Shown here: one piece after another, positions 37,236 through 39,317 of the stretch
How positions within the stretch are numbered: position 1 is the stretch's first letter
How the letters are laid out: each line of letters starts with the position of its first letter
Virus record (IMG/VR): IMGVR_UViG_2695420380_000015
Reading direction: 5' to 3' (one strand)
Origin: a virus
Taxonomy: Duplodnaviria > Heunggongvirae > Uroviricota > Caudoviricetes
Length of the DNA stretch: 39,317 nt
Translations under genes and position numbers: made by a program
Notes under the pieces: model-generated
Database searches by the model: none
What the model saw: the letters and a program-made list of their open reading frames with translations, nothing else
What the model was told of the DNA's origin: nothing

Positions 37236-37418
37236 ATGACATTTTTACAGCTTATTTTATTGTATTTCTGCACGGCAGTATGTGCGTTATATCTGGTGAG
37301 TGGTGGTTATAAGGCCATCAGAAATTATGTTCGCCGCAAAATTGAGGACGCAGCAGCTGAAAAACTCAGTAAAACAGCGCAGGTAACTCCGCTCCCAAAA
37401 GACCCGACCCAGCCCTGA
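37236..37418 (+). CDS. Small membrane protein (60 aa, single TM)
   Basis: ATG at 37236 with GGGAGG 4 nt upstream; hydrophobic N-terminus FLQLILLYFCTAVCALYLV. Confidence 0.45.
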   Translation: MTFLQLILLYFCTAVCALYLVSGGYKAIRNYVRRKIEDAAAEKLSKTAQVTPLPKDPTQP

Positions 37419-37453
37419 TTGCAGGGCTTTATTCCCGCATAAGGAGGATATAC

Positions 37454-37708
37454 ATGCCAGAAATTAAAGGCACCGTCACTGAAGACCTGGTAAAACAGGC
37501 ACTGTATTCCGGTGAAGTAAATAAGTTGCTGAAAGCGCAGGTCCGCAAGGATTTTGAGGCACAAATCGACACTTACGTTGATGAAGTGCTGGCAAAACTT
37601 ATTGGGCCAGCAGTTGCGGCCAGTGATGCTGATAATGAGCCGAAAACCGACGCGCAGCCAGAGCAACCAGACCCGGCTCAGCCCGGAACTGACAGTACCA
37701 TGATGTAA
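37454..37708 (+). CDS. Small acidic hypothetical protein (84 aa)
   Basis: Strong RBS AAGGAGG 7 nt upstream of the ATG. Confidence 0.5.
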   Translation: MPEIKGTVTEDLVKQALYSGEVNKLLKAQVRKDFEAQIDTYVDEVLAKLIGPAVAASDADNEPKTDAQPEQPDPAQPGTDSTMM

Positions 37709-37875
37709 CAATACAAACCGGTGGTGTCCTCTGCCGGTTTGACACTAATGAAAACATCTTTGCCGCTATCCAGCCATATGTAATCGCTGGATAGTATTTC
37801 GTATTCAGAAATATAGCTGCTTATGGAGCAGTCAATCCTGCTTCCCCATCCGGGCAGGCAAATGAACCGGTATCA

Positions 37876-38169
37876 TTAGTCCGATTCACGCTTTTGTAGA
37901 ATCGTTCCCAGAATGCTATACAGCTCATTAGCCTGTTGCTCCATCATTGAGACGGAGGCTATACGGTGCAAAGTGATTTCAGGAGGTGGCACACCTCCAT
38001 CTTCTTGCTGTGGAGGAAAAACATAAGATTTAATAAAAAAGTTGAAGCATATGAACTCTCCCGCACTCGAACTGTATTTGCAGGCATCTGAATAATCGGA
38101 AAAATAATCATTATAGATTTCCGCATTTTCAATCATTTTTCGATTTCTCGTCGTTACATGATTGTCCAT
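37876..38169 (-). CDS. Hypothetical protein (97 aa) in AT-rich DNA, antisense to the neighbouring genes
   Basis: Minus-strand ORF in a clearly AT-rich segment between the esterase module and the mom promoter region. Confidence 0.4.
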   Translation of the reverse strand: MDNHVTTRNRKMIENAEIYNDYFSDYSDACKYSSSAGEFICFNFFIKSYVFPPQQEDGGVPPPEITLHRIASVSMMEQQANELYSILGTILQKRESD

Positions 38170-38357
38170 AGCAGCCTCTTACGCTGGCAATTAACCAATT
38201 GACTTCTATAAATTAGTTGATTTGTTTGCTTTGCGGTATTCAAATGTACAATCATTCAGCACTTATGCGTTACAGCACCGTTTAAAATTAGTGATCAAAC
38301 TCATAAATTTTCGCTAATGACATTTCGTGTTATTTGTTGTATCAATTAAATAAATCA

Positions 38358-38382
38358 AATCGATCGTTTTTGTCGATCGATT
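38358..38382. promoter_or_regulatory. Perfect dyad AATCGATCG-N7-CGATCGATT carrying two GATC sites, upstream of com-mom (candidate C-activator and/or Dam/OxyR-controlled operator of the mom promoter)
   Basis: 9-bp inverted repeat read from the sequence; a third GATC lies at about 38295. The Mu mom promoter is regulated through upstream GATC sites and a dyad C-binding site. Confidence 0.45.
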
Positions 38383-38425
38383 GAGTGATAAAGATATCAA
38401 CAACAAAGCAGGAGGTTATGCGGCC

Positions 38426-38626
38426 ATGTATCGAAACATACGGTGCCGACATTGTAACAAGCTACTGGCACGAGCCAGCTTCAGTTATCTGGAAGTTAAA
38501 TGTCCGCGCTGTAAAACCCTCAATCAAATCACATCTCAGAGCGCCACAGAGCACCCCACATACACAAGGAAATCCTGTCGTGGGGAACAGAAAGCAAGTT
38601 ACATCCCGTATCATCAGCACGCCTGA
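38426..38626 (+). CDS. com: Com-like zinc-finger translational activator of mom
   Basis: ATG at 38426 with AGGAGG 10 nt upstream. CxxC...CxxC motif ([10 protein letters not shown]...VKCPRCKTL) as in Mu Com; overlaps the 5' end of the mom frame. Confidence 0.75.
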   Translation: MYRNIRCRHCNKLLARASFSYLEVKCPRCKTLNQITSQSATEHPTYTRKSCRGEQKASYIPYHQHA

Positions 38627-39317
38627 ACTTATTCACTATAACGACAATATCGTCGGTTATGGCTCCCGTGAGTTACGGGTTGAGACAATAAGTTGCTGGC
38701 TGGCCCGGCTGGTCGTCGTCAATAAACATTACAGCCATCGTTTCGTAAATAATTCCTACCTTCATCTGGGCATATTTTCAGAACGGGAGCTGGTTGGCGT
38801 AATGCAATGGGGTTATGCCCTTAATCCAAACAATGGTGCACGCGTCGTAACTGGCACGCAGAACCGCGAATATATGGAGCTTAACCGGTTATGGCTGCAT
38901 GACTGTATGCCGAGAAACTCCGAATCAAGGGCAATCAGTTACGCGCTCAAACTAATCAGACAACTTTATCCGCAGGTGCAGTGGGTTCAGTCGTTTGCAG
39001 ATGAGCGTTGTGGCTGTCTTGGTGTCGTGTACCAGGCAAGCAATTTTGATTATGTAGGCAGTCATGAAACAACATTCTATGAACTTGATGGCGAGTGGTA
39101 TCACGAGATTTGCAAGAATGCAATCAAACGAGGAGGACAGCGAGGTGAACATCTGCGGGCTAATATCGATAGAGCCAGTGTTCATAAATTCCGTCAGTTT
39201 CGTTACATCCGGTTTCTGGACAAGAGAGCCAGAAAACGCCTTAACACAAAGCTATTCAAAGTCCAGCCTTACCCAAAACCACAAACAGTTAAAACTGGTT
39301 TGAAAGAGAGTGAATGA
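38580..39317 (+). CDS. mom: Mom-like DNA modification protein (anti-restriction); start uncertain, GTG at 38580 is the nearest in-frame start before the com stop
   Basis: Long ORF ending at the window edge, overlapping com in another frame; com-mom arrangement at the right end as in Mu. Confidence 0.7.
   Translation: MGNRKQVTSRIISTPELIHYNDNIVGYGSRELRVETISCWLARLVVVNKHYSHRFVNNSYLHLGIFSERELVGVMQWGYALNPNNGARVVTGTQNREYMELNRLWLHDCMPRNSESRAISYALKLIRQLYPQVQWVQSFADERCGCLGVVYQASNFDYVGSHETTFYELDGEWYHEICKNAIKRGGQRGEHLRANIDRASVHKFRQFRYIRFLDKRARKRLNTKLFKVQPYPKPQTVKTGLKESE

Noticed and set aside
1-39317. CRISPR arrays, rRNA genes, integrase or att sites
   Set aside because: No spaced direct-repeat arrays or rRNA-like sequence seen. 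Mu-type phages transpose rather than integrate site-specifically, and the prophage termini lie outside the window.

Overview
The window is almost entirely one Mu-like transposable prophage (Enterobacteriaceae type), running from the stop codon of the immunity repressor at position 1 to the stop codon of mom at 39317. Both prophage ends (attL/attR) and all host flanking DNA lie outside the window. Gene order follows phage Mu: repressor (-), ner, transposase A, ATPase B, a semi-essential early region of small genes including gam, a GemA-like gene, a terminator, a Mor/C-family activator, a lysis cassette, terminase, portal, head genes, contractile-tail and baseplate genes, a tail fibre with a Gin-type invertible segment, and com-mom. 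Three N runs (2935-3238, 3356-3388, 10010-10178) hide the A/B junction and part of the GemA-like gene. All protein calls rest on reading the translations and on remembered family features; no database search was run. The most unusual content is accessory: (1) a 684-aa SASA-type O-acetylesterase resembling NanS, with two small genes and an AT-rich antisense gene, inserted between gin and com-mom; (2) an AT-rich three-gene island with a convergent minus-strand gene in the early region (8613-9662); (3) a small ORF that duplicates the C-terminal tail of the gp27-like putative small terminase; (4) a tRNA-like structured element between the F-like and G-like head genes. I could not single out one of these as a defined novel system; all are untested candidates. 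No rRNA, CRISPR array or clean tRNA gene was found.
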